Source: Catajapyx aquilonaris (taxonomy: Eukaryota). Taken from it: a stretch of 22,306 nt of DNA. The stretch covers positions 62,001 to 84,306 of the forward strand of contig KZ538367.1 in assembly GCA_000934665.2 (NCBI GenBank), in the 5' to 3' direction. The notes below the pieces were generated by a model. It was not told the origin of the DNA. It saw nothing but the letters and a program-made list of their open reading frames with translations, and did not search any database. Positions 19,790-22,306 of the stretch are shown here, piece by piece. The position numbers and the translations under genes were made by a program. Numbering within the stretch: the first letter of the stretch is position 1; every line of letters begins with the position of its first letter.

Positions 19790-22306
19790 TGGGGGGGGGG
19801 GGAAAAGGAATCGGTCGCATTCCTATGGAAAAACAAATCCGGCGTTTCCCCCCTCCCCTTCCCCCACACGTTCCCTTCTTGAGGGAGTTAACAGGACGTA
19901 CAAACAATGTGAATGCGGCGCATGAATTATTCAAGCCGAGATATGAAGGTTACGACATGGGCAGTGTTTCCTTTTCCACGTTCGGGGAAGCAAACGCCCG
20001 CCCCTGCAGCATGCTTGCATATGGCGTCGCGGCGGAAGGGATGGTGCCATATACGTGCAGGGTGGGTATATACGGCGCCACAGGGTGACACTGCTGCTGT
20101 GCATGTGTCATTTGGGTCTCCGCATTTTCGCCACTCAGCTAATCAGCATTAATCATACGGTGCTGATGTGACGCGACGTACTTCAATCTCCCGGGAGATT
20201 CCCCGATACACCTAATGAGATCTGGTCTTAAAGAATGTTAATAAATAGGTCTTGGGATTTCGTAGGGCTTCTTCTCTCTCTCCCCTTCCATTCGCGAATA
20301 AAAGGTGCGAAATGGTGCCAATGGGAAACGTGAAACCTACAGGATAGCAGACTTTATTGAGACGCCGCCGGAGTCAAAATATTGACATTGTTTGAATTTC
20401 TAACGTCGAAGGGCTGCAGGAGTTTGAGGGAATGTGCCAGTGTGAATGAATTTTTGTAGCAGTGATAAGAGGGCCAGATAATAGAGGTTCATTATATTCC
20501 CTAACAACGACATTTAATGAGATCAATGACTGCGCAGTATTTTCTGCGCAGTGCAAAAGTATTGGAGCATTATAATGGGCAACTTGGTCGATTTGATTAA
20601 ATGCAAATTACCGTAGACCAAAAATCAAAAATCGGGATTTTTATACAAATTAAATGTTGCGCGCATACGCGTTACATGTGCTGACGGGGAAAGTGAATTG
20701 TACTGAAGACGTAACTATTCCGACCTATAGTGACAGGGTTTCTGTGGTTATACAGTTTAATGAGAAAAGGATGGCGATTTTCACCAAAAAAAATGTCGAT
20801 TTTAAAGGAAATAAATTTACATTAACTACGCAGTTAGAGAGGCGGGCGGCGTCCGTGGCGTCGCGGATTGGGGGATGGAGACGGGGGAGGGGGTCACCAA
20901 AAGAGGCGAGGTCTGCATGCTGGCGTTCCTACTGCTCCCTAGAGACAATACCATGGTATTGCGCCTCGGATGTTTCCTGCTCAAATTTGAGCCCAATTTC
21001 GGCAATTACATGTCAAGAATAAGCCAGCAGCAGTTTTTAAAAATATAATAAATCCGACCCCCCTCTATCCGCCCCATTCCCCCCAAAAAGAGCAGAAAGT
21101 GTCAGACCAGCAAGAAGTGTTACATGGAAATTGCATGTCTATACACCTGGAATGGGAATGAGAAAGGCAAGGCCGTGTTTGGCGGGTCGCCTACCCGCCA
21201 GGATATGCCATGCGTCGCTTGAAGCTTCTCATTGTCAGCGTGAAACATTGGCCTCCCCACCATGCATGCCATGTAGTGATTCCCAGCAGGCGCCCATCAA
21301 CCCCCGCTGAAGAAGATTGGCTGAATCATTACGTATAGTATCAGTGGCACAGACAGGGAAAGGAGGGTCTTCCTCATAGAGGGAATTTCTCTCGCCCATT
21401 GACACCTTGATTCCGTCCTCCCCCACCCCAATTCGACCTGCACATCCTAGACGGATAGTGTGCATGATGCGAAAATAACAACATGGGAGGCGGTTATGAA
21501 GAGTCACGTGGTGCCTGATGCTCTTCTCTTGGAGAGTGAGCGACAGCTTGCCTCTCTCTCGCCCTCTGGCTCCCAATCTAGCTGGTGCTGGTCGGGTCCA
21601 AAAGGCAATCAAAATAGTTCCAGGCGGTGCCAAACAGGTGCTGTTCCTATACTGGTAGTTGGTGGTGGCCGTGTTGTACACACTTATGCAACGCGATGAT
21701 TCACACGCGCCCCTTTTAGTTGGGAGACGACGAGCGACGGTGGCAGAGGAGGGGACGAGGGAGGGGGGGTTGCAGAAGGCTCGCAGCATAATACCAACAT
21801 CTAGCTGATGACTCGGAATAGATCTTAATGCTGCTGTTTGATCATTGTGTCACGTCATTGGCACCCTGACGCTTGCCCCGCCCAGACGGATATATGGTTC
21901 AGGAGTCCAGAGCAACCTCTAGCTATAGAGAACCTGTTTAATATAGTCCTATACTATCCTGTGGAGTCTCTCGCGTGGTAGGCAACACCTATAATAAAAG
22001 GGGATTGTGGTGCCTCGTGGCGTCTTAGCAACTTCTGTTGAACATTCAGAGTATGCAGAAATATTGTTTGAGACACGCAGCTATATAGCATGAAAATCCT
22101 CTCCGCAACTGACCCTTTATGCCAGAGAACGGACGTTTCTCTCTCGCATAACGAAATCGTGTTGTCTGAAGGGAGCTGACCCTATATAGTCCGCTCTGTG
22201 CAGATTCCACTGCGGTATACTAGCAATGCGACAATTGGATTACCGGTAGGCGTGATTGACGTCATATGCAGGTATGCGCCTGCAATGTTGGGGGGTAGGG
22301 GGGGGG

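Noticed and set aside
19393..20088. ORFs spanning N runs (also 15149..15688)
   Set aside because: Artefacts of translating through assembly gaps.
20185..20200. 16-bp palindrome aatctcccgggagatt
   Set aside because: Isolated, with no partner or element boundaries identifiable.
21711..21745. Possible Arg-rich microexon (ttttag|TT GGG AGA CGA CGA, V-G-R-R-R) resembling vertebrate ARTYGRRR
   Set aside because: Short pyrimidine tract, weak donor (ACG|gtggca), and a 20-nt length that is not phase-symmetric. Likely coincidence unless junction reads from 19392 show otherwise.
21800..21830. CTGATGA hammerhead core
   Set aside because: No stem II followed by GAAA and no stem III.

Overview
Eukaryotic (animal, probably arthropod-like invertebrate) genomic DNA with GT-AG introns, microsatellites and three N-gaps; there are no prokaryotic features. 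It contains three genes. (1) + strand ADO, cysteamine dioxygenase, 193..1080, with one 72-nt in-frame intron. (2) - strand MARCHF5/MITOL, mitochondrial RING-CH E3 ligase, join(4880..4891,4205..4465,2977..3353,2543..2840,2278..2418), about 362 aa, convergent with ADO. (3) + strand CPEB2/3/4-subfamily (orb2-like) gene, 5' part only, exons 6974..7432, 10450..11238, 17949/17952..18066 and 19342..19392; the RRM/ZZ exons are not in the window. The most notable observation is that MARCHF5 and the CPEB gene are head-to-head, as I recall human MARCHF5 and CPEB3 are on 10q23, suggesting a deeply conserved divergent gene pair. The CPEB gene also has a 51-nt symmetric cassette-type exon at the same position and of the same length as the vertebrate CPEB4 alternative exon 3, and a Q/G/A/H prion-like exon. 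Its introns hold a TTAA-flanked piggyBac-type MITE, other inverted-repeat elements and a perfect palindrome. All calls were made by eye from the sequence and recalled protein motifs; no searches were run.
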